A stretch of DNA of 64,000 nt from an uncultured virus (IMG/VR IMGVR_UViG_3300042270_000151). Taxonomy: Duplodnaviria; Heunggongvirae; Uroviricota; Caudoviricetes. Shown here one piece after another: positions 38,912 through 48,668 of this stretch; the stretch's first letter is position 1; each line of letters starts with the position of its first letter. The position numbers and the translations under genes are program-made. Below the pieces are notes generated by a model. It was not told the origin of the DNA and did not search any database. It worked only from the letters and a program-made list of their open reading frames with translations. The stretch spans positions 1-64,000 of the IMG/VR virus record IMGVR_UViG_3300042270_000151; one strand, 5' to 3'.

Positions 38912-41796
38912 ATGGTTCGGTATATCGAGTTTAAACGGAGCCTATGTGCCCGTACAGTCACCCAGCTCATGTCGCCCACCATCGCCGATACAAATACCAT
39001 CGCACTGCCCTATCACAGTGTTCTACACTTTATCGATGGGCCTGAGACGGGGATTCCATCTACCCATCCATTGATTGTAGGTACTGGACGGGTCTTTGTA
39101 CATCACGTAGAGGACCTGGTAGCCACAGCGGGTAATCCCCGTAAGAAGGCAGTGCCGCTGGAAGCCAGTAAACGGCAATATTTTAAACAGGCACAGGCGC
39201 CGATTACACGCAGTCGGGATTTAGATCGCAGTCTAAGTTACATGAAAGCCGCAGTCGCCTTTGATTATTCACTGGTTGAGGGTCAATACCTTTACCCCGT
39301 CAGCCGTACGGTTGAGATGGATAAGCTCAGCAACCGACTCTCGACCCTCTATGCACAGCTGTCAGTCGGTACTGAAGAAACCGTACACATTGTACCCCTG
39401 GCGCTGCCTGAGATGGTACCTACTCTGTCCGAACTCAATCAGTTGCCGAACCCTATTCCGATCTCCCGACACGAAAGATGGATGGACCTGAGTCGTCTCT
39501 TCATCCGTGAACTCTGGTTGGCCGTAGAGGACCCTGAACATCCACTACATGCCCTTAACCATGACGTTATGGTTGCCTGGATTGAATCGGGTAAGGTCTC
39601 TTTCTTACACATCAATGACTTTCTAACTTGGGGATTGGAGTCACCTAAAGAAGTTCGCAAATACCTGCTTTCTTCATTAGCCCGTATATTGGAAACCCGT
39701 ACGGTTACGGATACCGCAGAGAGTGTACCCGAGCGGGAACTGTCTGAAGAAGAGGTACTGGAAGCGGATGAGTCGCCTGCTGAATCCATTCTAGAGGTGA
39801 CCTCAGGACTGTATCCAGGTAGTGTTGAGGTTATCGGGGAAGACCACGTTAACCGTCAGGTTGAAGGGCTGGGTAGTAATGGCATGCTCAGTGCCGCTGA
39901 GCAGCGTCGTTTAAGTGAACTGGCTGTTCGATACAAGTCATTGCCCAATCCAGTGGGTGAGGGTACATTGGAAAACCTGATTACCTCTAAACCCGAAGCT
40001 GTTAAAATAGATTCCCGTAAAGAGAACTTACCTGAACGCCCCGCTGTCCTGGATAAGTCCATGTTGCGTTCTACGCTAAAGGACTTTGATCGCCGCTATG
40101 TCCAAGAGCTATTAGAGGCAGATGTCGCAGCTGCCGTGGTCTCGATTCAGAACGCCGGCGTTCTGGTTAAAGACTATGCGATTGAGGAGCGCAGCGATGC
40201 CCTTAACCACTATAAGGTCTATACCGTAGATTTAGTACCGATCGCCGGTAAGCCATCTAAGCTTACCTTTAAATTGCCAGTTGTAAATGAAGAGGGTATT
40301 TATACGGTTGCGGGTGTACAGTACAAACTGGACCACCAGAAGTTTGACCTACCCATTCGAAAGGTCGCCCCAGATAAAGTATCCCTGGCCTCGTACTTCG
40401 GTAAAATCTTCGTAACCCGTAATCCCAAAGCGGTTAACAACTACAGTCGCTGGCTGCTCAGTAAGATTACCAAAGCGGCCATGGATGTAAACGACACAAC
40501 CGTAACCGACATCGTTTATACCACTAAGCCCCTTCCACAAGAACGCCTTCCACGCCCCTTTACAGCCGTCGCCCGCGAAGTCGCCGAGTTTACCAGTGGA
40601 GACTACCGTTTTCGATTTACGGTGGGTGATTGGGTTGAGGTCTATGGGGAGACCCTTACGGTTAAAGCGGTACAGGCTAACCTAACCCCCTGTGGTCAAC
40701 CTACAAACCGTAGAAAGGCCATGCTCGCCATGTCCATGGATGGAATTCTCCATCTCGTTACCGATACCGCTATAGAGTCTATAGGCTCGCTTGTCGCTGT
40801 CGTTAATCCTGCATGGGGAGACGGACCTATCGAGTTTGCGGATATTAATGTCTACGGTAAAGCGGTACCTGTTGCTTTGGCCTTAGGCTACCTCATGGGG
40901 CTGGATAAGGTAATCGCTGCACTGAAGATCCCCCATCGTTGGATTGATAAAACTACCCGTCCTGCGATGGAGCCCTACGAAGAACGTATTCGATTCCAAG
41001 ATGAGTCGCTGATTATCGATACCCGTCATGCTCAGGGTGCCATGGTACTCAGTGGTCTACGGGCGGTAAAAGGGATCACCAGTACCCTACCTGCGTCGGA
41101 CTTTAACCGCAAGGGTGTCTACGGCGAGGTCCTAGCGTCTATGGGGATTGGTCGTCACATTCTACGTGAGCTTGACCTCATGTTGGATATGTTCATTGAC
41201 CCCATTACCTTAGAGTTGCTTACTGAGATGGGGGAGCCAACCGAATTCATCCCCCTTATTCTACGGGCCGCTGAGCTGCTAACCACCGATGAACATACCG
41301 AGGAAATGGACAGTTCTCAAATGCGCATTCGTGGGTATGAGCGTTTCTCAGGTTTTGTATATAACCAACTCGTACAAGCGGTACGGGAACAGCGCGCTGC
41401 CGGTCACCCTGGCAGCGCACAGGTCTCCTTACGTCCGAATGCCGTGTGGGACGATATTCTCAAAGACCCAGCAACCATGTTGGTTGAAGAGTCTAACCCG
41501 ATCCATAACCTAAAGGAAAAGGAGAGTGTCACCTACACTGGCCAGGGTGGTCGATCTGCAAAGACCATGGTGAAGCGTACCCGTATCTTCCATCCGAACG
41601 ACATGGGAACTATCTCTGAAACAACACCAGACAGTGCGAAGGTTGCAATCCGTACCTACATGACCCCCAATGCGAAGGTTAACTCACTAAGGGGAACAAC
41701 CGATCGCTTTGATTTTGATAAAGATGGTACCAGTAGTCTGATCTCTACAACTGGTTTACTAGGTCCAGGTTCGGACCTAATGGACCCAAAGCGCGT
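38912..41796 (+). CDS. virion RNA polymerase beta subunit (phiKZ gp178-like), exon 1
   Basis: DLPIRK, L.SYFGK, R.RGYERF, NPI..LKEKE..TY.G.GGRS, G.ISE.TPDS.KV, DPKR. Confidence 0.9.
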
Positions 41797-41859
41797 ACGA
41801 TAGGTTAAATTGTCACTATGACTGTGTATGGTATGTATTAACAACATGAGTCATGGACA

Positions 41860-43035
41860 ATGGAAACCGAATTTAAAGTCTTAAAAGAATATCCAAATTT
41901 CCGCATTTATCCGGATGGCAGGGTCTACGACGTGGCTAGGGGAAAGTTTAGAACCCCAGTAACGTCACGTGGATACGAGTCAGTTTCGGGGATTAAAGTT
42001 CACAAATTAGTCGCGCTGGCATTTGTGGACAATCCTGATCCTACTACCAAGACACAAGTTAACCACATTGATGGCGTGAAGTCAAATAACCACTACACAA
42101 ATTTAGAATGGTGTAGTGGATCTGAGAACCGACAACATGCCATTGACACCGGTTTAACTCCCCATGGCCAGGAAACAAAGGTAACGTTCCCCGACGGCAC
42201 TGTAAAGATATACCCCACTAGAGTCTCAGCGTCCAAAGCGATTGGCATTCACCCCAGTACAATGGCTAGAGGTGTCAGAAAAACGAACCCTTGGAACCAC
42301 AACGGTACCCTTGTTGAGGTTGCCGACTTAGGTAAGAAGCCTACAACGGCTGTACTCTGGAGAAACCTAAGAACAGGTGAAGAGGGGCGGTTCAATAAAG
42401 TCGTTGACGCTGCCGCTGCAACAGGTCTTTCTGTTTTCACCATCCAGCAACGCTTAGCTGCGCCACTAGAGCTTTTATTTAAAGATGGCCTTCAGTTCAG
42501 GCGAGAGCGTGAATTTGTTGGATGGGTAGACGTCTCTGCACACCTCGGCATTTATGAGAGGGAGAGTTGGCGGAAAGCTAAAGTCGGTGAGGTTAAGCTT
42601 GCAGTGAGTAGAGGCGAACATCCGGTATACCATGGCAATGAAGTGCTAGTAAAATGGCTATGCACGGGTGAAGTAGTGGAGTACTCGAGTCAGAATGCCG
42701 CCGCTGAGGCGTTAGAGGTGACTTCTGGTACGATGACAACACACTTATCCAAAGGTGACAAGCAGCCAGTTTTTAAACTTGGTGACCGCTACGCTCTGGT
42801 TAAACGAAAGTCTGACCCTAACCCATGGCGCACTGTAGACGACCCCTTCGTAGATTGGGCTAAGCGGATGCGAGGTCGACCATTTCTGGTGACTGCCGTG
42901 GATACTGGGAAGCAGAGATACTTTGCGTGTATGGGTGACTGTGTTAGGGAGCTAGGCATCAGTTACAATGATGTACGTCGTGGGCTTAAGCATCCAAATG
43001 TGGAATATTACGGATATTACTTTAAAGAACTTTAG
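41860..43035 (+). CDS. intron-encoded HNH homing endonuclease
   Basis: VHKLVALAFVDNP.....VNHIDGVKSNNHYTNLEWCSGSEN.QHA, plus repeated small DNA-binding modules. Confidence 0.92.
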   Translation: METEFKVLKEYPNFRIYPDGRVYDVARGKFRTPVTSRGYESVSGIKVHKLVALAFVDNPDPTTKTQVNHIDGVKSNNHYTNLEWCSGSENRQHAIDTGLTPHGQETKVTFPDGTVKIYPTRVSASKAIGIHPSTMARGVRKTNPWNHNGTLVEVADLGKKPTTAVLWRNLRTGEEGRFNKVVDAAAATGLSVFTIQQRLAAPLELLFKDGLQFRREREFVGWVDVSAHLGIYERESWRKAKVGEVKLAVSRGEHPVYHGNEVLVKWLCTGEVVEYSSQNAAAEALEVTSGTMTTHLSKGDKQPVFKLGDRYALVKRKSDPNPWRTVDDPFVDWAKRMRGRPFLVTAVDTGKQRYFACMGDCVRELGISYNDVRRGLKHPNVEYYGYYFKEL

Positions 43036-43409
43036 TGCGCCCCAGTAACAGAAGGTACTGGGTACGACGTCTAATTGCGGGAAAGCCCTTTGAGCGTTAA
43101 CTACCAACCCATGCTGGAAACAGTGACCGGTGTATATTACACCCCATGGGGGCGAAGCTAACCACTTCGATACGGTAAAAAGGTTAACGTGTGGGGTAAC
43201 CGACGCAGCGAAGTCCCTAAGGCTATGGCTAAGGGATGAGTTCAACGACTAACCGAGTTGCTTCGGTGTAGGGCCACAAGTCAGTGGTGGCTCCAAACGG
43301 CGTCCGTCCTTAAGAGTAAGGGCGAAGATATAGTCTGCTCCCTGGGGAAAGCCCAGGGCGGGTGTCTGAGCACACCGGCTACAGAGTCGCGACTGTAGTG
43401 GACAGAAGG
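43035..43409 (+). ncRNA. group I ribozyme core
   Basis: P AATTGCGGGAA (43073), R GTTCAACGACTA (43240), S AAGATATAGTC (43325); P2 CCCAGTA/TACTGGG; P3 GACGTC/GGCGTC; P7 GACTA/TAGTC; P9 CCCTGGG/CCCAGGG. Confidence 0.92.
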
Positions 43410-44517
43410 AAACTTGGGATCAGTACAGCAATCGTCTATGGTATCGGCGAAAGATGCCACGCTTACGCCTGTGCGCACCGGGTATGAGCAGGTCATTGCT
43501 GATCGTTGTGGGGATAACTTTGCGTATATTGCCAGTAAACCTGGTAAGGTCAGTAAGGTGAGTCGTGACTCTATAACGGTTCAATATGAGGACGGCGAGA
43601 CGGTTACCCTGCCCTTGGGTATCCGACACGGTAAAGCCGCGGGTGCTGTCCTACCTCATGATATTGTAACGGACTTACAGGAAGGGGATAGTGTAGCAGA
43701 AGGGTACGCGGTTACGTGGAATACACATTACTTCCAACGGGACCGGTTAAATCCAAACGGAGTCTCGATGAAGGGTGGGGTAATGGCGAAGGTAGCCTTT
43801 ATGGAGAATGCGGATACCTTGGAGGATGGGTGTGCAATTTCCCCTGCACTTTCACAACGTCTGTCCACACCTATCAGTAAAATGAAGACGGTATTGGTGC
43901 GTTTCGATCAGGCTGTCTCTAACATTGTGGGTGTCGGAGAAGAGGTTGACCTAGACGTACCGCTGTGTGTGATCGAGGAGGCTGAGTTAGCCACACTCAG
44001 TCAAGGGGACGATGCACTGCTAGGACTGTCTAAACTTGCAAACCAAACACCTAAGGCCGGGTTTGTTGGTAAGGTGACGCGTCGTGAGGTGGTGTATTTT
44101 GGAAACCCTGACGACATGCATCCGAGTTTAGCTGAGATTGTGAAGGCGGATACACGTCAGCGTAAGCGAGAGGTTAGCTATAAAGGGAGCTTACCGGCTG
44201 CAACCGGTGAAGTAAACGAGCCTACCTTTGTCGGGGGTCAGAAGCTAACGCCTAATACCTTGGCCATTACGTTCTACATGGACCATGACATTACCGCAGC
44301 GGTAGGGGATAAAGCGGTATTCGATAACGCGCTGAAAACCATCGTAGGTCGTGTCATGGAGGGACGTAATGAGACCGCCTCGGGTGAGCCGTTAGACGCA
44401 ATCTTTGGGTATCAGAGCGTAGCAAACCGCATACTCTATAGCTGCACCATTGTAGGGACCACGAACAAAGCGTTACGGGCACTGAACCGACATGTAGTGG
44501 ACGTGTATCGTAAATAA
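43410..44517 (+). CDS. virion RNA polymerase beta subunit, exon 2 (spliced product 1330 aa)
   Basis: PVRTGYE, TLEDG..IS, VGDK......LK, DAIF - RpoB-type motifs. Confidence 0.88.
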
Positions 44518-44621
44518 GGTAGAGGGGCAGTAGGGGATAACTGGAATGAATCGTTTGAGGCCTATTGCTCCTTCTCCCGCTGGAGAATCCGGATTCTAAA
44601 ACGTATCGAGGAGATACATCG

Positions 44622-44834
44622 ATGAAGATTATTGATACCATGCAAGCGCCTTCAACGGCGCAGCGTGAAGAGACGCGACTCACCTTGGCCAATGCGCAGG
44701 CCCTGGGTAGTCGTGCAATTGAAAACCTGATCGGGGATGAGCTTGCGCGTGTCCCTGAGGTGGATGTGGATACTTACCTGCTCGCAGCGCTGGCGGATGA
44801 GTTGGAAAAATCAGCTCTGCAAAAAGGAGCCTAA
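44622..44834 (+). CDS. hypothetical protein
   Basis: GAGGAG RBS before the ATG at 44622. Confidence 0.65.
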   Translation: MKIIDTMQAPSTAQREETRLTLANAQALGSRAIENLIGDELARVPEVDVDTYLLAALADELEKSALQKGA

Positions 44835-44836
44835 TC

Positions 44837-46315
44837 ATGCTGCGTACTAAAGATGTATTACACGTTCGTCCTCTGGTTGATGGTCAGATGTACCGAGGCT
44901 GTCCGCTGACAGCGATTCCGGGTACCCCCTTGGCGGAAATGAACAATGCCGCTCGCCTGCACTTTATTACTGAGTCTGACGTAGAGGTTTCTACTGATGG
45001 TGACGTTACCGAGCTGCAGCCACTGGAAAGCCGTTTGATTGCACAGAGTCAAGCCCCAGATGCCAATGGGGTTGAGGTACACACAGGCTTCATGGTTGAG
45101 ACCGCTAAGTATGTATCCGATCGTGTATCGGCCAGCCTGAACTTTGCCCGCAACACCATTAACCCGGCTGTGGCAGAGATCATTGAAAAAGCAGAAGCGG
45201 CTGCCCGTGATGCCCTGGAAGGTCAGGTAGGGGACCCAGCCATTGAGATGGTTGAGTTGCCGGATGTCTTTACAACAGGCTTTCTGGAAAGCATGGTATC
45301 CCGCCACCGTACAAAGGTAAATGATGACGTACCTTTGACGTACCGTTTGGCAGAGAAGCTAACCAAAGACCTGACATTGGAAGAAGCCGAAGCAACGATC
45401 AAGACCGGTTCCGGTGCCTTTGACGATCTGGTTGCGGCCCACATTGAAGCTCAGGGTATGCCCGCTGAGCTGATGGATGGCACATGCCTGACTGACATGG
45501 TGTCCTTTAACCGGGTAAATGGTGATTGTCCCTTTACCTACACCAATGCACTGTTCGCCTACCTGTTCTTGGTCGGTGTGAAGTCGGGCCGTTCGGGTTC
45601 AAACGGTGAAGGTACACTGACTGCGGATGAGCGTAATCAGGTTGCCTACGCAATCAATTACTTCGGGTACGTATTGAACCTTCAGCTGACAACGGTTGCC
45701 GGTATGATCGCCGATAACGTACTGCTGGTACAGGCACCCGATGCAGGCCGTAACCCGACGGAGGCCACACGGTACCTGGTGAACGCAGTAACCTACCGCC
45801 GTTGGTTGGAAGAGCAGGGCGGTACACCGGAAGCCTTCCTAGGCTGGGCGTATGTAAACCGCAATAACTACGCCTCTACCGGTGCAAACCAGTCGCTCTA
45901 CAACGCACCTCAGCAGTTTGAGCAGTACTACATGCGCAGCCGTCGCACCGATATGGCAACCGGTCGCATTAAGGCCACAGCCGCTATTAACCGTACGGTC
46001 CGCAGTCAGGTCACCGCATTGATTCGTGAGACCTTTGCGGATGATGAACAGACCCGCCGTGCTGCGATTGAGCGCACCATGTCAATGCTGGATAAGGGTG
46101 AGTACACCCACACCATGCAACTGGACATGTATGTACTGAAGGCGGTGTGCTGTGGACTGGGCCGTGAGAACTCCGATGCGTACCTGATTCTAACCACCAT
46201 GCGCAGTTTGATGGCGGATGACGATCAGCTTACCCCTAAGGCGGCTGCACTCTGTGCCGCAACCCGTCTGGTTGCACGCTGGATTGTCCAGCAGATGGCG
46301 AAGGCCACCGTATAA
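44837..46315 (+). CDS. hypothetical protein in the head-protease cluster
   Basis: AAGGAG RBS; 492 aa; between the RNAP gene and the protease. Confidence 0.7.
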   Translation: MLRTKDVLHVRPLVDGQMYRGCPLTAIPGTPLAEMNNAARLHFITESDVEVSTDGDVTELQPLESRLIAQSQAPDANGVEVHTGFMVETAKYVSDRVSASLNFARNTINPAVAEIIEKAEAAARDALEGQVGDPAIEMVELPDVFTTGFLESMVSRHRTKVNDDVPLTYRLAEKLTKDLTLEEAEATIKTGSGAFDDLVAAHIEAQGMPAELMDGTCLTDMVSFNRVNGDCPFTYTNALFAYLFLVGVKSGRSGSNGEGTLTADERNQVAYAINYFGYVLNLQLTTVAGMIADNVLLVQAPDAGRNPTEATRYLVNAVTYRRWLEEQGGTPEAFLGWAYVNRNNYASTGANQSLYNAPQQFEQYYMRSRRTDMATGRIKATAAINRTVRSQVTALIRETFADDEQTRRAAIERTMSMLDKGEYTHTMQLDMYVLKAVCCGLGRENSDAYLILTTMRSLMADDDQLTPKAAALCAATRLVARWIVQQMAKATV

Positions 46316-46328
46316 AAAAGGAGTCGCT

Positions 46329-47048
46329 ATGAATGTCTCGCAACTAAAACGAGATGCTGCGCGTGTCCATAGTGCTCTGGATGAGGTAGGGGGGCGCCTT
46401 GTGGCTAAGCAGGCGCTATCCATCCATATCCCACGTACCTATGCCAGTGGTCAGCTAGGGTCAATTGAGACAGCCGTTCGCTGTGTGGGGTTCTTTGCGG
46501 TGGTCGTGGACGGGTACTATGCGGTTTCAAACGTCTGTGCGATTGTGACCTTAGTGCCCAGTGAAATCAATGTGGTTAAGATCGAGGAAGAGGATTACTT
46601 GATCTTAAAGTTTAATGTAGGCGATACAATAATGCCGTCATTAGACTTAGTGCGCACCGCACCTTTGGTCTTCAACATCTACGATGAGATTGTTGCAAAG
46701 GGTAAAACGCCCTGGTACTTGGACTATGTGGATTTGGGATCGCTCTTTGATACTGCCCAGCACCATGCCAACATGAACCTGAACGCCGACCGTGCCATCT
46801 TAGAGATGATCGCAGCCGCACGGGCCCGTAATCCGGACGATCGCACCAAGTATTACCGTAACATCATTCAAAAGGACTCAGATCTTGGGACCTATAAACC
46901 TGACATGATTCCACTGCGCTCCGTAGCCTTTGGTGCCACCTCGACCACCTCAAAGCTATTGGGCTCTTACCTGAATGAAGGCCTCACCAGTGCCCTGGTG
47001 AACCCCACTGAACGGTTAGAGAAAGTGGAAGAACTGTTGCTGAGTTAA
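46329..47048 (+). CDS. hypothetical protein (core-block position)
   Basis: AAGGAG RBS before the ATG at 46329; GK.PWYL.Y.D and SKL.GSY..EG...AL motifs. Confidence 0.7.
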   Translation: MNVSQLKRDAARVHSALDEVGGRLVAKQALSIHIPRTYASGQLGSIETAVRCVGFFAVVVDGYYAVSNVCAIVTLVPSEINVVKIEEEDYLILKFNVGDTIMPSLDLVRTAPLVFNIYDEIVAKGKTPWYLDYVDLGSLFDTAQHHANMNLNADRAILEMIAAARARNPDDRTKYYRNIIQKDSDLGTYKPDMIPLRSVAFGATSTTSKLLGSYLNEGLTSALVNPTERLEKVEELLLS

Positions 47049-47061
47049 AGGAGTCACTCTC

Positions 47062-47814
47062 ATGGGTGATAGTGTAAAGTACAGCTGTGCGATTATCGCA
47101 GGGGATAAGAAGCGACAGCTAAAGCGTGACGACCATGGGTACTTCGAACATACCCTGGGCGCATTTAATGTGTACAACAGTGCGGGTAAGTATTATCCGC
47201 TACTGGATAGCGTTAAAAAGATGTTCGACGTAGGCGGTACCCTGCGCCGTCGTTTGGACAACGGACAATGTCGAGGGGAGTTTGAACATCCTGCCCCTCA
47301 ACCGGGTCAATCCCTTACTGATTTCATTCAACGAGTCGTGACCATTAAAGCCGATCGGGTGTCACATCATATCGCTTCAGTACGACTGGAAGAATCTAAG
47401 GATGAACAGGGGCGCCCAGTGGTACTCTGTATTGGCCGTGTAAAGCCTTCTGGTCCCTACGGGAATGTACTGAACGAATCCCTGACCAATCCAGAAGAGA
47501 ATGTCGCCTTCTCGATTCGCTCGTTGACGAATGAGCGCATGGGGCCGGGTCGACGGGAACTCCATGTCACGAACATTGTGACCTGGGACTACGTCAATGA
47601 ACCGGGCATCAGTTTGGCGAATAAGTACCAGACCCCGACCTTGGAATCCATTGATACAGACATTCTCATTCCTCGAACCGAGATGGTTAAGGCGCGTGAT
47701 ATGGCCGGAGTCGGTATGGAAGATTGTCGTGAGGGCATCAGCCGGGTCCTGACGGAATTGGGGTGGGAAACCGTACAGACCGTCAACGCCGATAGCAACT
47801 GGTTTAAGTGGTAA
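47062..47814 (+). CDS. prohead protease (phiKZ gp175-like)
   Basis: GEFEHP, VSHH, PSGPYG, FSIRS, TWDYVNEPGI; C-terminal TLES and GMED self-cleavage-type sites. Confidence 0.88.
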   Translation: MGDSVKYSCAIIAGDKKRQLKRDDHGYFEHTLGAFNVYNSAGKYYPLLDSVKKMFDVGGTLRRRLDNGQCRGEFEHPAPQPGQSLTDFIQRVVTIKADRVSHHIASVRLEESKDEQGRPVVLCIGRVKPSGPYGNVLNESLTNPEENVAFSIRSLTNERMGPGRRELHVTNIVTWDYVNEPGISLANKYQTPTLESIDTDILIPRTEMVKARDMAGVGMEDCREGISRVLTELGWETVQTVNADSNWFKW

Positions 47815-47865
47815 TACGCGCCTATCCTATGCCGTTCTAGGCAACTCAGACGCGAGGAGGCCAAC

Positions 47866-48156
47866 ATGGAATCGATGGTTCTTGCGATTTCAATCGTGGC
47901 GAGTCTGGTCGTATGGTTTGCACTGCGGGCATGGGTAAACGATAACCACCCCCTGCTCATTGAGTTGACATATCGCCTTTATGGGTTACGACCATTATCC
48001 CGTCGCAACACGTATCTGTCGATTCGGCGCAATTCGTTTGTGTCTAAAGACGAGGTACACCGGGCTGAAGAAACTGTACACAAGGTTGTACACTATTTGG
48101 CCATCCCTGTTGTCTCAGTCCTGCCGGTCATTGTGGGTCTCTGTATTCACCTTTAA
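47866..48156 (+). CDS. small membrane protein
   Basis: GAGGAGG RBS; two hydrophobic segments. Confidence 0.65.
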   Translation: MESMVLAISIVASLVVWFALRAWVNDNHPLLIELTYRLYGLRPLSRRNTYLSIRRNSFVSKDEVHRAEETVHKVVHYLAIPVVSVLPVIVGLCIHL

Positions 48157-48176
48157 CCGCTAGCACTAGCAACGCC

Positions 48177-48200
48177 CCCCACTCCCTTCGGGGAGTGGGG
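48177..48200 (+). terminator. UUCG-capped hairpin, probable terminator
   Basis: CCCCACTCCC-TTCG-GGGAGTGGGG. Confidence 0.7.
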
Positions 48201-48266
48201 ACCCTATGCTCGAATTTAATTATATTGCCCCCTTCAATGATCTAACTATAGTAAAGGACACTAACC

Positions 48267-48638
48267 ATGCACGACGATACACTTATTATCTCCCAAGGTC
48301 GTCCGGTCGGGCGTACCGATGAGACACAGACTGACAATCGACCCGTTTACCCCAATGGGCACTCACAGGGACTCACTAAACAGGAATATTTTTGTTTGGA
48401 GCTTTTGATACCTGAATCGGGTAACCCGGTATTGGACCGTTTGATCCGTAAGAAGCTTGAAGGTGATACGAAAGGCTCAGCCGCGGGTCTGAGGTCCATG
48501 ATGAAGGATCGAGAGGAAGCTCTCTGTATGGCGTATGCCAAGAAAGAGTCTCCTGTAGAAGGCGATACGTTTACGCATAATTGGGTTACTCTCTACTATA
48601 AACAGGGTCGCTGGCATATTCTTGAGCAGGTCGACTAA
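48267..48638 (+). CDS. hypothetical protein
   Basis: AAGGA RBS; GLTK.EYF motif. Confidence 0.65.
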   Translation: MHDDTLIISQGRPVGRTDETQTDNRPVYPNGHSQGLTKQEYFCLELLIPESGNPVLDRLIRKKLEGDTKGSAAGLRSMMKDREEALCMAYAKKESPVEGDTFTHNWVTLYYKQGRWHILEQVD

Positions 48639-48668
48639 ACCATATATCTACCATAATAGGAAGCAGGA

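Larger units (their letters stand above)
41797..43409 (+). mobile_element. group I intron (1613 nt) with HNH endonuclease
   Basis: CGCGT joined to AAACTTG restores DPKRVNLGSVQQS; internal guide GTGCGC (43035-43040) pairs with the exon end GCGCGT with a U-G at the splice site; terminal G. Confidence 0.92.

Noticed and set aside
38815..39074. Short ORFs listed across the exon 2 / beta subunit boundary
   Set aside because: Off-frame; the region is explained by exon 2 (38741-38902) and the gene starting at 38912.
43133..43140. TATATTAC inside the second intron core
   Set aside because: Lacks the preceding CC and lies in a ribozyme peripheral region; probably chance.
48221..48228. TATATTGC upstream of ORF 48267
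   Set aside because: One mismatch and no CC prefix; a possible weak promoter but not supportable.
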